Source: an uncultured Alphaproteobacteria bacterium
Lineage (GTDB): Bacteria > Pseudomonadota > Alphaproteobacteria > Rhodobacterales > Rhodobacteraceae
Direction: 5' to 3'
DNA: 64,000 nucleotides
NCBI GenBank assembly: GCA_902541695.1
Contig: CACBRT010000003.1
Coordinates: 2,437-66,436 of the forward strand
A program made the position numbers and the translations under genes. The notes beneath the pieces were generated by a model. That model worked only from the letters and a program-made list of their open reading frames with translations. It was not told where the DNA came from and searched no databases. Below, in pieces: positions 45,845 through 56,541 of the stretch (its first letter is position 1; each line of letters starts with the position of its first letter).

Positions 45845-46816
45845 TTAAAATTTAAGTCTGCCTACATTTAAAAACTTATTACGTCTTTCATTTAGTATTT
45901 GATTTGGTGTAAGTCTGTTAAATTTTTTTAAGGATCTTTCTATTGCTTTTCCAACTTTAAGAATAGTTTCATTTATATTTCGATGTGCTCCACCAACTGG
46001 TTCAGAAATAATTTCATCAATCACACCTAATTTTGTAAGGTCTTCAGCTGTTAATTTAAGTGCTTCTGCTGCTTCTTTCATTTTGTCTGCATTTTTCCAC
46101 AATATTGAAGCACAACCTTCTGGGGATATTACTGAATATATTGAATTTTCTAGCATTATAACTTTATTAGAAGACGCAAGTGCAACAGCTCCTCCAGATC
46201 CTCCTTCTCCTATAATAACTGAAATTAAAGGCACTTTTATTTGCATACATTTAGCTATTGAGCTTGCGATAGCTTCGGCTTGACCTCGTTCTTCAGCACC
46301 TTTCCCAGGATAAGCTCCAGGGGTATCAATAAATGTTATTACTGGGAGATTAAATTTATCTGCAAGATTCATAATTCTAACAGCTTTTCTATACCCTTCT
46401 GGTCTTGCCATTCCAAAATTATGTAAAATTCTTGATTTAGTATCACTGCCCTTTTCATGTCCTATCACCACTATAGGAAAATCATTCAATCTAGCTAACC
46501 CACATATAATTGATTTATCTTCTGCAAATTTTTTATCACCTGAGAGTGGAATAAATTCGGACATTAGTTTTTTAATATAAATTGATGAATGTGGTCTTTC
46601 AGGGTGTCTTGCTATTTGGCATTTATGCCATGGTGTTAAATCTGAATATATTTTTCTTAATAGTAATTTTGATTTTCTTTCTATAATTTCTATTTCTTTA
46701 TTCACTTCTTTTTCACTATACGAAGGCGATGTACTTGATCTTAATTCATTTATTTTACCTTCTAGAACAGCTAATTCTTTTTCAAAATCTAGATAATGAC
46801 GCATTTGTAAATTCAT
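45845..46816 (-). CDS. accA: acetyl-CoA carboxylase carboxyltransferase alpha subunit
   Basis: 323 aa, [10 protein letters not shown] and GEGGSGGA motifs. Confidence 0.95.
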   Translation of the reverse strand: MNLQMRHYLDFEKELAVLEGKINELRSSTSPSYSEKEVNKEIEIIERKSKLLLRKIYSDLTPWHKCQIARHPERPHSSIYIKKLMSEFIPLSGDKKFAEDKSIICGLARLNDFPIVVIGHEKGSDTKSRILHNFGMARPEGYRKAVRIMNLADKFNLPVITFIDTPGAYPGKGAEERGQAEAIASSIAKCMQIKVPLISVIIGEGGSGGAVALASSNKVIMLENSIYSVISPEGCASILWKNADKMKEAAEALKLTAEDLTKLGVIDEIISEPVGGAHRNINETILKVGKAIERSLKKFNRLTPNQILNERRNKFLNVGRLKF

Positions 46817-46939
46817 TTATTATATATTTTTTATTTATTATCACATTTAAAAAACAATATCAGCAATTAAAAAAGTATAACGTACTAAAATAATTATTAA
46901 TATTTTGAAAAATAATTTCATTGATTATTTAAATTACAT

Positions 46940-48106
46940 TTATTTGAAAATAGTTTTAATTCTAGTTGTAGCTCTTTTTAATAAATAATTAGAAGTAGCT
47001 AAATTAAACCTAAAAAAATTATAGCCACCTGATCCAAAAGAAGATCCTGGATTAGATATAATTTTCAACTCATAAGTAAGTTTTTTAAAATTAGTACTTT
47101 CTGCCTCTCCAGTTTTTGAAAAATCGACCCATGCAAGATAGGTAGAATCTAATTGCATTGATTTAAGAGTTTTTAAATTATTAATTTCTTTATCAAAAAA
47201 ATCCCTATTTTTTTTTAAATAGTTAATCAATTCATTTAACCAATGATGACCTGATTTCATTGCCTCTTCACCTAAGATCATACCAAATCTATTTGGCGTT
47301 TCTCCTGTTGCTAAATTTTCTTTTTGAAATTTAGCTCTTAAACTATCATTAGGAATAATTACGTTACCCATCAATCCCCCAGCTAAATTAAATGTTTTTG
47401 TTGTGGATGTCATTAGGATATAATCTTCAAAAAAATCATCTCCAATTAAAGGAAAGATGGTATGTTGTTTGCCAGGGTATACAAGATCGTTATGTATTTC
47501 GTCAATAATCAGTATCAACTTATTATTTTTACAAAAATAGGAAATATCTTTTAGTTCATTTTTAGACCAAATCCTGCCACTAGGATTGTGAGGTGAACAC
47601 AAAATAAGAATTCTTTCACTGCCTTTCATTTTATTCGCCAAATTGTTCAAATCTAAGTAATACCTTTCATTTTTTTTAATCATCTCGCTTTCAATAAGAA
47701 CTCTATTATTAGCTTTAATTATTTTACGAAAAGAATGATATACTGGAGAAAAAATAATCACTCCATCAGTTTCACTTGTAAAAGCTCTCAAAACAGTACC
47801 GATGGCAGCTACTAAACCATGAGCTGTATTTATCCACTCAGGTTTTGCTTTCCAGTTATGTCTAGTTTTCAGCCAGTTTACTACTTCTTTTTTATAGCTT
47901 TCAATTCCACCATAGTACCCTAAAAAACCTGTTTCAATTTCTCTTTTTATTACATTCAATACCTCTTGTGGTGGTTTGAAAGACATATCCGCAACACCCA
48001 TTGATAAATATTTTTCAAAATCATTACTTTTAGTTGCTTTAATAGCATCAAATTTTAGTGACCTCTGAGGTATATTTGCTAAATAATTATCAAAATTATA
48101 TTTCAT
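46940..48106 (-). CDS. PLP-dependent aminotransferase, MalY/PatB (C-S lyase) type
   Basis: 388 aa fold-type I, CSPHNPSGR and TSTTKTFN (PLP Lys) motifs. Confidence 0.8.
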   Translation of the reverse strand: MKYNFDNYLANIPQRSLKFDAIKATKSNDFEKYLSMGVADMSFKPPQEVLNVIKREIETGFLGYYGGIESYKKEVVNWLKTRHNWKAKPEWINTAHGLVAAIGTVLRAFTSETDGVIIFSPVYHSFRKIIKANNRVLIESEMIKKNERYYLDLNNLANKMKGSERILILCSPHNPSGRIWSKNELKDISYFCKNNKLILIIDEIHNDLVYPGKQHTIFPLIGDDFFEDYILMTSTTKTFNLAGGLMGNVIIPNDSLRAKFQKENLATGETPNRFGMILGEEAMKSGHHWLNELINYLKKNRDFFDKEINNLKTLKSMQLDSTYLAWVDFSKTGEAESTNFKKLTYELKIISNPGSSFGSGGYNFFRFNLATSNYLLKRATTRIKTIFK

Positions 48107-48168
48107 CTTTTTTACCTAAATTTTAACTAATTCTTGCTTAAGAGTTTTTATTAATCTAAATAATTTCT

Positions 48169-48687
48169 ATGACTGATTTAAGTATATTACTTCATCCAGA
48201 TGTTCGACTAAAAAAAGTTTCCTCTCAAGTAACTAATATTGACGAGACTATCAAGAAACTTTGTTTAGATATGATTGAAACTATGTATAAATATTCTGGG
48301 GTTGGATTAGCTGCACCACAAGTTGGAGTTCTTAAAAGAGTGGTAGTTATGGATTGCTCTGAATTAGATGAAAAAAATCCAAAAATTCTGATTAATCCTG
48401 AGATAATCTGGTCATCAGAAGAAAAATTTGTTTTTGAAGAAGGATGTTTGTCTATTCCTGAAATTAGGGAAAAAATTACTCGACCAGCTGAGGTAAAAGT
48501 TAAATTTACAAATATAGACGGATCTTTATACGAAGATCATTTTAAAGATTTATGGGCTATTTGTATTCAGCATGAAATCGATCACCTCAATGGAAAATTA
48601 TTTATTGATTATCTAGGTCCTATAAAAAGAACATTCATAACAAAAAAAATGAAAAAATATAAAAAAGAGATAATTAATAAATATTAG
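48169..48687 (+). CDS. def: peptide deformylase
   Basis: 172 aa, GVGLAAPQ, EGCLS, HEIDH motifs. Confidence 0.95.
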   Translation: MTDLSILLHPDVRLKKVSSQVTNIDETIKKLCLDMIETMYKYSGVGLAAPQVGVLKRVVVMDCSELDEKNPKILINPEIIWSSEEKFVFEEGCLSIPEIREKITRPAEVKVKFTNIDGSLYEDHFKDLWAICIQHEIDHLNGKLFIDYLGPIKRTFITKKMKKYKKEIINKY

Positions 48688-48699
48688 GGAATGTGTTAA

Positions 48700-49620
48700 T
48701 TGCGGATTATTATTTTTGCTAGTTCAAATTTCTCAATTCCTTTGTTAGAAGAAATTCATAGATCTGATTACAAAATTTGTGCAGTTTATACTCAACCACC
48801 TAGTATTTCTGGTAGAGGATTGAAAAAAAAACATAACCCAATAAGTAAAAAATCTAGTGAGTTAGATATTCCGATCCATTATCCGATTGATATAAATATA
48901 GAATATGAAATTTCAAAATTAAAAAATCTTAATCCTGATATTGCTATAGTATCTGCTTATGGACAGATCCTTTCTTCAAAAGTTCTTCAAATACCAAAAT
49001 TTGGGTTTTTGAATTTACATCCCTCATTGTTGCCAAGATGGCGTGGAGCTGCACCTATTGAAAGAGCCTTGATGTCTGGTGATGACAAAACTGGGATTTG
49101 TACAATAAAAATGGTCAAAGAGCTCGATGCAGGGCCTATTTTGGCAAAAGAAGTAATTAAAATTAAACCTAATGAAACTAATACTAGTTTATCAAATAAA
49201 CTCAGTAAAATTGGAGCAGTCCAAATGCTTAAAGTTATAGAGAATTTATCATCCATTATTGAATTACCTCAAGAAAGTAAAGGAATAACATATGCTTCTA
49301 AAATTCAAAAAATGGAGACAAGAATAAACTGGCATCAGTCTGGCAAAATTGTTGATAGATTTATTAGAAGTTTATCCGAAAAACCTGGTGCTTGGACTAT
49401 AATGGATGGTTCTAGAGTTAAAATATTGAAGTCAAAATTTGTTCTATTAGAAGGAAGAGCTGGTCATCAAATTATATCTTCAGATTATAATTCTTGTTTG
49501 TTTATAGGGTGTAGTATTGGCGCAATTGAAGTTGAAATTTTGCAAAAAGAAGGAAAAAAACCTATAACTGCCAAAGAATTTATCAGAGGTATTAATAGTA
49601 GAACTATTTTTTTCGAATAA
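48700..49620 (+). CDS. fmt: methionyl-tRNA formyltransferase
   Basis: 306 aa, TTG start after AGGGA, HPSLLPRWRGAAPI motif. Confidence 0.93.
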   Translation: MRIIIFASSNFSIPLLEEIHRSDYKICAVYTQPPSISGRGLKKKHNPISKKSSELDIPIHYPIDINIEYEISKLKNLNPDIAIVSAYGQILSSKVLQIPKFGFLNLHPSLLPRWRGAAPIERALMSGDDKTGICTIKMVKELDAGPILAKEVIKIKPNETNTSLSNKLSKIGAVQMLKVIENLSSIIELPQESKGITYASKIQKMETRINWHQSGKIVDRFIRSLSEKPGAWTIMDGSRVKILKSKFVLLEGRAGHQIISSDYNSCLFIGCSIGAIEVEILQKEGKKPITAKEFIRGINSRTIFFE

Positions 49621-49622
49621 AA

Positions 49623-50082
49623 TTAGATATTGAATTTAATTTTTGAAATTTCTTGCCTAGCTAAAAAATCAGCTCTTTCATTCTCTAAGTTTCCAGAATG
49701 TCCTTTTACCCAAAGCCAATCTACTTTATTTTTATTTTCTAATTCTTCTAATTCTAACCATAGAGTTTTATTTTTAACGTCTTTTTTTGAGGATGTTTTC
49801 CAATTATTCCTTTTCCAAGTGTATAGCCATTCAGTTATACCATTTTTTTACATAGGAGCTGTCTGTAATAATTGAAATTTTTGCAGGTTTTTTTAAAGCT
49901 TTTAAGCTTTGTATTGCAGCTGTTAATTCCATTTGATTGTTAGTGGTGTTTATTGAACCACCAGATAATTCCCTTCTTTTCATGATAGTGCTATTTTTTT
50001 CTGCTAGTAAGACCACGCCCCAACCACCTATTCCAGGGTTTCCTGAACACGCACCATCAGTATATGCTTTAAAGTTATACAT
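49623..50082 (-). pseudogene. rnhA: ribonuclease HI interrupted by a +1 frameshift at an A7 run
   Basis: Track ORF 49831-50082 gives residues 1-80 ([21 protein letters not shown]) then WYN-stop. One base out of frame, from 49839 down to the TAA at 49623-49625, reads [24 protein letters not shown]...DWLWVKGHSGNLENERADFLARQEI, the RNase HI C-terminal half. The total span is 460 nt, one more than a multiple of 3. Confidence 0.85.
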
Positions 50083-50509
50083 TAAATCCCATTATCAATA
50101 GTAAAATAACCATAGCAGTTGTTAGACGAAAACGCATTTTAAACCACCAATAAGGAAATTTAATAGTTTTTGAAATTTTACGCTCTATTTCTAGAGTACC
50201 TAAAAAGCCTATTGCAAGTAAAAAACAAGACATTGGAAGTTGTAAGGAAATTGCCGCCCATATTGATGGCATCATAGATAGAAAAATATCTTTTTTATTA
50301 AATTTAGAATTTAAAATAATTTGGAATATGTATAAACATCCACCTAAAAAAGATAAGATTAAAGCGCTAAATAATATTGCAAAGTTTGTAAACCAAATAT
50401 TAAGATTATCATTTATAAAATTTAATTCAAAAGAACCAATTAATCCAAAAAAAATTGGAATAATGCCAGCATAACTTAAATATCTAACTTCAGAGGGGAT
50501 ATTAATCAT
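50075..50509 (-). CDS. DUF3429-like polytopic membrane protein
   Basis: 144 aa, four predicted TM helices. Sits between ispH and rnhA with overlapping stop/start codons. Confidence 0.55.
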   Translation of the reverse strand: MINIPSEVRYLSYAGIIPIFFGLIGSFELNFINDNLNIWFTNFAILFSALILSFLGGCLYIFQIILNSKFNKKDIFLSMMPSIWAAISLQLPMSCFLLAIGFLGTLEIERKISKTIKFPYWWFKMRFRLTTAMVILLLIMGFNV

Positions 50510-51438
50510 TTATTTCTAATTGAACTAGGTATCTTGAAGTGTATATCTTCTTTTGTAATTTCAATAAACTCGATAGTAGCTTTAAATCTTTTTTTAAATT
50601 CTTGAATTACTTGATTTACTAATGTCTCAGGGGCGGACGCCCCTGCAGTAAGGCCGATTGATTTTGATCCTGATATTGATCTCCAATCTATATCATTAAC
50701 GTTATCTATAAGCTGAGAATATTTGCATCCTGCTTTTTTTCCTACTTCAACTAACCTTCTTGAATTTGAAGAATTGACAGATCCTACCACTAATAAGCCG
50801 TCAATCATGGGTGAAATTTTTTTTACCGCATTTTGTCTATTTGTAGTAGCATAACATATGTCTTCTTTATGTGGAGCATTAATTTCAGGAAATCTCTTTT
50901 TTAATGCATTTGCAATTTCTAAGGTATCATCCACTGATAATGTAGTTTGAGTGATAAAAGCAAGTTTATTGTTGTTTCTTGGGATTAATTTGTTAACATC
51001 ATCTACATTTTCTACCAGTAAAACTTCACCTTTTGGTAATTGTCCCACAGTTCCTATGGTCTCAGGATGGTTTTTGTGACCTATCATTACAATTTGGTGT
51101 CCCATATCAAAATATCTTTTAGCTTCAATATGTACTTTTGTAACTAAAGGACATGTTGCGTCTATGTATTCTAAATTCAAATTTTCTGCATCAGATAAAA
51201 CAGCTTTTGCTACCCCATGGGCAGAAAAAATTACGGGCCTATCTTTTGGACATTCAGATAATTCCTCAACAAAAATAGCACCCTTTTTTTCTAAATTTTT
51301 GACTACATATTGATTATGAACGATTTCATGGCGAACATAAACTGGTTTACCATATTTTTTGAGGCATTTTTCTACTATTTCTATTGCACGTTCAACGCCC
51401 GCACAAAAACCTCTAGGAGCAGCAACTAAAAGTTTCAT
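50506..51438 (-). CDS. ispH: 4-hydroxy-3-methylbut-2-enyl diphosphate reductase
   Basis: 310 aa, [23 protein letters not shown] motifs. Confidence 0.95.
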   Translation of the reverse strand: MKLLVAAPRGFCAGVERAIEIVEKCLKKYGKPVYVRHEIVHNQYVVKNLEKKGAIFVEELSECPKDRPVIFSAHGVAKAVLSDAENLNLEYIDATCPLVTKVHIEAKRYFDMGHQIVMIGHKNHPETIGTVGQLPKGEVLLVENVDDVNKLIPRNNNKLAFITQTTLSVDDTLEIANALKKRFPEINAPHKEDICYATTNRQNAVKKISPMIDGLLVVGSVNSSNSRRLVEVGKKAGCKYSQLIDNVNDIDWRSISGSKSIGLTAGASAPETLVNQVIQEFKKRFKATIEFIEITKEDIHFKIPSSIRNK

Positions 51439-51558
51439 TTTTTTCCCAAATTATCTATAATATAAGATAATCATGTTATAAAATTTGGTCAATAATAATA
51501 AAATTTGTTATATTTATAAATAATAAGAAGAATTATTCCCTATTAATTTAAAAAATGT

Positions 51559-52128
51559 GTGCTCATGAAAAATTACTTAATTGCTCTAGGCAGCAATTTA
51601 GAAATAAATAATATGACAAGTTTAGTTATAATTAAAAAAGCTTTGAATAGTTTTTCTGAATTTAACATGACAATAATTAAAGAGAGTTCATTCTGGGAAA
51701 GTAAGTCGTATCCAGATAAAGATCAGCCTAATTTTATAAACGCAGTGTGTAAAGTCTATTCTGAATTGGAACCTAAATATATTTTAAGTCAATTAAAATG
51801 TATTGAAAAAATGTTAGGAAGAAAATTTAACAAAAGATGGGGTAATAGAGTTTTAGATCTTGATTTGTTGAGCTTTGGTTTTGATATATTACCAAATAAA
51901 GTTATATTTAATAAGTGGTATAAAATGCCTTTGAAACAACAACTTTCTTGTCAACCTAATGAATTAATTTTACCCCACCCTAGAATACAAGATCGCCTCT
52001 TTGTATTGATACCTATGAATGAAGTTGCTCCAGAGTGGATACATCCTATTCTCAATAAATCCCCAAAAGAACTTATAGACAGAAAAATTTGGGATAAAGA
52101 AAATTATCTTAAATTAGTAGAAAAATAA
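51559..52128 (+). CDS. folK: 2-amino-4-hydroxy-6-hydroxymethyldihydropteridine diphosphokinase
   Basis: 189 aa, ALGSN, WG.R.LDLDLL and PHPR motifs. ATG 51565 is the likelier start. Confidence 0.85.
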   Translation: MLMKNYLIALGSNLEINNMTSLVIIKKALNSFSEFNMTIIKESSFWESKSYPDKDQPNFINAVCKVYSELEPKYILSQLKCIEKMLGRKFNKRWGNRVLDLDLLSFGFDILPNKVIFNKWYKMPLKQQLSCQPNELILPHPRIQDRLFVLIPMNEVAPEWIHPILNKSPKELIDRKIWDKENYLKLVEK

Positions 52129-52197
52129 AAATTTTTGATCAAAGTATTGATTTTTTTAAATTTTGGTCATATTAAGATTTAGATCAAGGAGTCAAAG

Positions 52198-52554
52198 ATG
52201 GCAAGAATCACTGTAGAAGATTGTATTGATAAAGTTCCTAATAGATTTGATTTGGTCTTATTAGCAGCACATAGGGCTCGTGAAATTTCATTAGGTGCTG
52301 AACTTACTGTAGATAGAGATAAAGATAAAAATCCAGTGGTTGCATTAAGAGAAATTGCAGATGAAACACTTACATCTGATCAAATAAGAGAGTCTGCTAT
52401 TGAAAGCAAGCAGTTACAAATTGAAGTAGATGAACCTGAGGAAGATCAAATGGCAACTCTAATGGGATCAGATGCAGAAGATGATAATCCTGAAGAGGAG
52501 ATATCTGAAGAAAACCTCTTGAGAGCTTTAATGGAAGCACAAGAAAAAAAGTAA
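52198..52554 (+). CDS. rpoZ: RNA polymerase omega subunit
   Basis: 118 aa, [25 protein letters not shown] start and acidic tail. Confidence 0.93.
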   Translation: MARITVEDCIDKVPNRFDLVLLAAHRAREISLGAELTVDRDKDKNPVVALREIADETLTSDQIRESAIESKQLQIEVDEPEEDQMATLMGSDAEDDNPEEEISEENLLRALMEAQEKK

Positions 52555-52567
52555 ATTTAATTCTATT

Positions 52568-54739
52568 GTGGCTTCAATAATGTTCAATATTGAAGAACTG
52601 ATTAAAAAAATCAAATCCTATAATCCCTTAGCTAATTTTGATTTGATAAGAAAATCTTTTGATTATGGTTTTAATGCTCACAAGGGTCAATATAGAGCTT
52701 CGGGTGAGATTTATTTTACTCATCCTGTAGAAGTAGCTAATATTGTTATTGATTTGAAATTGGATGAAGCAACGATAATTACTGCACTTCTACATGATAC
52801 GGTAGAAGATACAGATAGTTCTTTAAATCAGTTAGAAAGAGTTTTTGGAAAAGAGATATCCCAACTTGTTGATGGTGTTACTAAACTTACAAACTTAGAA
52901 TTAAGTTCTTTAGAAACAAAACATGCGGAAAATTTTAGAAAATTATTTATGGCTATGAGTAAAGATTTAAGAGTCTTGCTGATTAAACTAGCTGATCGGC
53001 TTCATAACATGAGAACTATTAAAGCATTACCAATTAATAAGCAAATAAGAAAATCAAAAGAGACAATGGAAATTTTTGCGCCATTAGCAGGTCGAATGGG
53101 TATGCAATTTATGAGAGAGGAACTAGAGGATTTAAGTTTTCGAGTACTTAACTCTGAGGCTAGAAATTCAATTATAAGAAGATTTATAACACTTAGAAAA
53201 GAAACAGATGATTTGGTGCCAAAAATTATTGATGATATTCAGCAGCAATTAAAAAAAGAAAATATTAATGCGAGGGTTACAGGTAGGGAAAAAAAGCCGT
53301 ATTCAATTTGGAGAAAAATGCAATATAAAAAAGAAGGCTTTACAAGGTTATCAGATATATTTGCGTTTAGAATTGTGACTAAAAATGAAATAGATGCATA
53401 TATTGCTATGGGTTCTGTCCATCGTAGGTGGAGAGCAGTACCTGGTAAATTTAAAGATTATATAAGTCATCCTAAAAGTAATGGTTATAGATCGATACAT
53501 ACTACTGTTTCTGGAAGAGATGGGAAAAGGGTTGAAGTTCAAATTAGAACTGATGAAATGGATGAAGTAGCTGAGAGTGGAGTTGCAGCACATTGGTCTT
53601 ACAGGGATGGTGAACGAGTCAAGAATCCCTTTGTTGTTGACCCTTTTAAATGGTTAAGAGGCTTAAGTGATGGTTTTATTAAAAGTGATAATCCAAGTGA
53701 GTTTTTTGAACATGTCAAATTAGAAATGTTTCAAGATCAAGTTTTTTGTTTTACTCCTAAAGGAGAAGTTATCAAACTACCCAGAGGTGCAACACCAATT
53801 GATTTTGCTTATGCTATTCATACTAGAATTGGAGATAGTTGTGTAGGTTCAATGGTTGATGGTCAAAGAGTGCCTCTGTGGACAAAATTGAAAAATGGTC
53901 AATCTGTCTCAATTATAAGATCTGAAGCTCAAAAACCTCAATCTAGTTGGGAGAATATGGTATATACAGGCAGAGCCAAAACGGCAATTAGAAGAAAATT
54001 AAGAGAAGAAAAAAGAAAAGAGAACATAAGGATTGGAAAAGAGATTGCTAGGGTTTCGTTTGAGAAAGTTGGTAAAAAAGTTACTGATAAAGCGTTACAA
54101 ACTGCAGCAAAAAAACTTGTAATAAACAATGTTGATGATTTATTGGCTTCACTTGGTTCAGTTGAACTTACAGGTGACGAACTTATTAAGACTCTTTATC
54201 CAAAAAAAATAACAGGATTAACAATTCAAAATTTTGGTGAAAGAAAGCTATCTTTTGTTGGTTTAGAACCTAACCAACAAGCAAATACAGCATCTTGCTG
54301 TAAGCCCGTTCCTGGAGAAAGAATTGTTGGAATCGCACAAAAACAAAAAGGTATTATCATACATGCTATAGATTGTGATAATCTTCAGAATTTAGATAAT
54401 AATTCAAGAAATTGGTTAGATTTAAGTTGGCCTAATGGGGATGTACAAAATTCTCATCCAACCAGCTTAACAATTTCAATGTATAATGGTGTTGGAGTAT
54501 TAGGAAGAATCTGCTCTTTAATAGGAGAAAGAGGTGCCAACATCACAAATATTGATTTTGTAGACAGAAAACCAGATTTTTATAGTATAATTATAGAAAT
54601 TCATGTCAAAGATCTTAAACATTTGTCAGATATTATGACTTCTGTAGAGGCTGATTCTGATATTGCAGTTGTAGTTAGGACAAGAGAAGTTTTAGAAACA
54701 TCTAGTAATCAAAATCCTCGAATACTATCTAATTATTAA
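52568..54739 (+). CDS. spoT: bifunctional (p)ppGpp synthetase/hydrolase
   Basis: 723 aa, HD domain (HPVEVA, LLHDTVEDT), synthetase motif GREKKPYSIWRKM, TGS and ACT regions. Confidence 0.95.
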   Translation: MASIMFNIEELIKKIKSYNPLANFDLIRKSFDYGFNAHKGQYRASGEIYFTHPVEVANIVIDLKLDEATIITALLHDTVEDTDSSLNQLERVFGKEISQLVDGVTKLTNLELSSLETKHAENFRKLFMAMSKDLRVLLIKLADRLHNMRTIKALPINKQIRKSKETMEIFAPLAGRMGMQFMREELEDLSFRVLNSEARNSIIRRFITLRKETDDLVPKIIDDIQQQLKKENINARVTGREKKPYSIWRKMQYKKEGFTRLSDIFAFRIVTKNEIDAYIAMGSVHRRWRAVPGKFKDYISHPKSNGYRSIHTTVSGRDGKRVEVQIRTDEMDEVAESGVAAHWSYRDGERVKNPFVVDPFKWLRGLSDGFIKSDNPSEFFEHVKLEMFQDQVFCFTPKGEVIKLPRGATPIDFAYAIHTRIGDSCVGSMVDGQRVPLWTKLKNGQSVSIIRSEAQKPQSSWENMVYTGRAKTAIRRKLREEKRKENIRIGKEIARVSFEKVGKKVTDKALQTAAKKLVINNVDDLLASLGSVELTGDELIKTLYPKKITGLTIQNFGERKLSFVGLEPNQQANTASCCKPVPGERIVGIAQKQKGIIIHAIDCDNLQNLDNNSRNWLDLSWPNGDVQNSHPTSLTISMYNGVGVLGRICSLIGERGANITNIDFVDRKPDFYSIIIEIHVKDLKHLSDIMTSVEADSDIAVVVRTREVLETSSNQNPRILSNY

Positions 54740-54751
54740 TTTAGTACATAT

Positions 54752-55327
54752 GTGAGAGTTATGGTTTTCAAAAGAAAAAAAAAACTAACTGCAATAATGA
54801 ATTTGAAAGCTTTATTTTTTCCAGCAAGAGGTTGGAGAAGAGCTTTAGAGTACTTAAGTCATAGAATAAAGAGATTACCAGATACACCTCACAGAATTGC
54901 TTTAGGTTTATCATTTGGGGTATTTGCTTCTTTTTCACCACTTTTTGGATTTCATTTTTTACTTGGTGCAGTATTGGCATATTTATTTAGTGCTAATTTA
55001 TTTGCGTCAATTTTAGGAACATTTTTTGGTAATCCGATAACCTTCCCATTTATTGCCACTATTAGTGTAAGAGTTGGTAATTTGATTTTAGACCAATTTT
55101 ATTTTATAGGAGACAAAAGTAATCAAAATGAAAAATGGGAGTTTAATTCTGAGTTAAATAGTTTAGGTGTTTTTGAAAAATTTCTTATTGAAGTTTATTT
55201 TGATAAATTTATACCTTATGCTATTGGAGGAATTATATGTGGTATTTTTACAGCATTTTTGGTTTACGTATTGTTTAAACCATTGATTAAATCATATCAA
55301 AATAGAAAAAGAAAATTTAAAAAATAA
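54752..55327 (+). CDS. DUF2062-family membrane protein
   Basis: 191 aa, P..IALG.S.GVF.SF.P..G.H pattern. Sits between spoT and pdxJ as in other Alphaproteobacteria. Confidence 0.65.
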   Translation: MRVMVFKRKKKLTAIMNLKALFFPARGWRRALEYLSHRIKRLPDTPHRIALGLSFGVFASFSPLFGFHFLLGAVLAYLFSANLFASILGTFFGNPITFPFIATISVRVGNLILDQFYFIGDKSNQNEKWEFNSELNSLGVFEKFLIEVYFDKFIPYAIGGIICGIFTAFLVYVLFKPLIKSYQNRKRKFKK

Positions 55328-55344
55328 AGGAGCTTAAATAGATT

Positions 55345-56097
55345 ATGAAAAAATTTTCTAGAATTCGTTTAGGTGTTAATATTGATCATGTTGCCACTCT
55401 TAGAAACGCCCGTGGTACTTTTTACCCTGATCCTTTACAAATGGTTAAAATTTTAGAAAATTTAGATGTTGATGGAATAACACTTCATCTCAGAGAAGAT
55501 AGGAGACATATAATAGATTCAGATTTGTCACGAATAGTGAAAGTGTCACGTCTTCCTATAAATTTAGAAATGGCTGCTACAAAAGAAATGCAGGATATTG
55601 CGATAAAATTTGCTCCCAATGCAGTTTGCTTAGTACCTGAAAAAAGAGAAGAAAGAACTACCGAAGGCGGGTTAGATGTAGTCAAAGAAGAAAAGAATTT
55701 GAAATTATTCTTAAAGCCATTATTAGAAAAGAAAATAAAAATATCTTTATTTGTATCACCTGATTTAGAACAAATTAAGACGGCTTCTAGAGTAGGTGCC
55801 TCTGTAGTAGAATTAAATACAGGTACTTTTTGTGATTTACTGCTTGAAAATAAAAAAGATGAATATGAAAAAGAACTAGAAAATATAAAAAAATCAGCTG
55901 ATTTTGGGAAAAGTCTAGGCCTTGAGATTCATGGGGGACATGGATTGACTTATGAAAGTGTAAGATTTATTGGTGCAATTCCTCAGATGTCAGAATTAAA
56001 TATTGGACATTTTATAATTTCTCAATCTATTTTTGATGGTATAAAAAATACAATTTACAAAATGCGTCAAGAAATAGATAAAGCTCAAAATAAATAA
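55345..56097 (+). CDS. pdxJ: pyridoxine 5'-phosphate synthase
   Basis: 250 aa, LGVNIDHVATLRNARG and HLREDRRHI motifs. Confidence 0.95.
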   Translation: MKKFSRIRLGVNIDHVATLRNARGTFYPDPLQMVKILENLDVDGITLHLREDRRHIIDSDLSRIVKVSRLPINLEMAATKEMQDIAIKFAPNAVCLVPEKREERTTEGGLDVVKEEKNLKLFLKPLLEKKIKISLFVSPDLEQIKTASRVGASVVELNTGTFCDLLLENKKDEYEKELENIKKSADFGKSLGLEIHGGHGLTYESVRFIGAIPQMSELNIGHFIISQSIFDGIKNTIYKMRQEIDKAQNK

Positions 56098-56104
56098 TAG
56101 GTCT

Positions 56105-56512
56105 TTGATGTTAATCGGTATTGGAAATGACATTATTTCTATCAATAGGGTTAAAAACTTATACCATAAGTTTGGAAAACGTTTTGAGGAACGAATTTAT
56201 ACTCATGAAGAGCAAGTAATAGTATGGAGAAGAGGAACACCGTGTTTTAAAACACTTTCAAATCGATGGGCAGCAAAAGAGGCATTCGTAAAAGCTTTAG
56301 GTATTGGATTTAGTAAAGGTATTAATTGGAAGGATATCAAAATAATAAACGATAAGAATGGTAAACCCTGTGTTTTAGTCAATGGTAATGCTAAAGAGTA
56401 TTTAAATAGTATTTTACCTATGAATACATTACCTATTTTACATGTATCAATTTCGGATGAAAAAGATATCGTTAATGCAGTTGTAGTTATTGAGGCTAGA
56501 ATTGGTAAATAA
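56105..56512 (+). CDS. acpS: holo-[acyl-carrier-protein] synthase
   Basis: 135 aa, IGIGNDI and WAAKEAF.KALG motifs. Confidence 0.9.
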   Translation: MMLIGIGNDIISINRVKNLYHKFGKRFEERIYTHEEQVIVWRRGTPCFKTLSNRWAAKEAFVKALGIGFSKGINWKDIKIINDKNGKPCVLVNGNAKEYLNSILPMNTLPILHVSISDEKDIVNAVVVIEARIGK

Positions 56513-56541
56513 AAAATTTAATAAAGAGAACTAAAAAAATT

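Noticed and set aside
49630-49875. 81-aa plus-strand track ORF between fmt and rnhA.
   Set aside because: It is the antisense shadow of the out-of-frame C-terminal half of rnhA, whose minus-strand translation carries the conserved RNase HI motifs.
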